DNA from: Saccostrea cucullata
Taxonomy: Eukaryota
DNA: 64,000 nucleotides
Direction: 5' to 3'
NCBI RefSeq assembly: GCF_032062105.1
Contig: NW_026940848.1
Coordinates: 62,001-126,000, forward strand
The notes beneath the pieces were generated by a model. It had not been told where the DNA came from. It was given only the letters and a program-made list of their open reading frames with translations, and made no database searches. The translations under genes were made by a program, and so were the position numbers. This document shows, in pieces, positions 63,362 through 64,000 of the stretch (position 1 is the first letter of the stretch; the number at the start of each line of letters is the position of its first letter).

Positions 63362-64000
63362 AAACACCAATTTTTGTATATTTATGGAATACATAATGGA
63401 ACATTGTAAATAGGTCATAAAACAAGGACCCAAGGTTTTCACAGGCGAGGAGGAGTAAGAACTTTCTATTTTTTGTGGAAGAATATTTAGCAGAAAAGTT
63501 CGCTAATCTGCACATTGGTTTTCATTTAATCTGCACATTTATTAAATCTAATATCATGGGACTTTAGCTTTGCATACGTTTACCCGGAGAATATTTTCCG
63601 TTATGACATGCTAGGAATATTTAATATATGTCTTAATATATATATTTAGATCAAATTTTACACCTTCCCTCGACAAACTATGCTGAGAAATGAAGATATG
63701 TGATAGAAGTCAAGATAAAAGTTCCACCGTTTTCAACCAAAAATCACATAGGCTGACCAATATTTCAAAATTGACATCACCGACCCCAACTTTTTCTTTC
63801 ATTATTTTAAACTACTCGATTCTTGTGATTGACCAGCACTTTAGTCATAAAACGTTGAAATATTTTATATACTTTTTAGATTTTTCAATGATATAAGAAA
63901 AAGATTAGTTTGGTTTGAATTGAACATAATTTATTGACAATTAAAGCCAAAAGGATAAGACACAAGTTCTACAACAACTTAGATAGCCCTCTCCTTATAC

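Noticed and set aside
59011-63370. Target-site duplication around the PLE (aatcacc / aaacacc)
   Set aside because: Short and imperfect in AT-rich sequence; not distinguishable from chance without the empty site.

Overview
AT-rich eukaryotic DNA with spliced genes and dense repeats. The repeat families (V-domain SINEs, HINE/Helentron-like elements with internal tandem repeats, Ngaro, Penelope-like elements) suggest a bivalve mollusc, probably an oyster; this is inference. There are two host genes on the + strand. The first is the 3' part of a Roc-GTPase (Roco-type) gene (exons 1-27, 791-1312, 1973-2070, 2393-2554), with a broken splice acceptor and no recognisable COR exon in the window. The second is a seven-exon gene (about 20150-40019) for a type I membrane protein: signal peptide, two C-type lectin domains, Ser/Thr mucin stalk, CxCxC/coiled-coil, TM helix and tail, plus a decayed Ser/Thr pseudo-exon. 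The rest is mostly nested mobile DNA: a 55-bp tandem array, SINEs, CR1/L2 LINE fragments, mariner inside mariner, foldback-like, Harbinger-like and AcademH-like elements, and many HINEs. Two near full-length retroelements stand out. One is a Ngaro tyrosine-recombinase element (48763-54847; A1-ORFs-B1-A2-spacer-B2) with an SGNH hydrolase ORF and a structured, covarying spacer. The best novelty candidate is a Penelope-like element (59020-63361) with no GIY-YIG endonuclease, a separate upstream coiled-coil ORF ending in a PY-NLS-like motif, 692-bp inverted ends, and a type I hammerhead ribozyme with an unusually large stem II insertion in each end. One assembly gap lies at 49311-49443.
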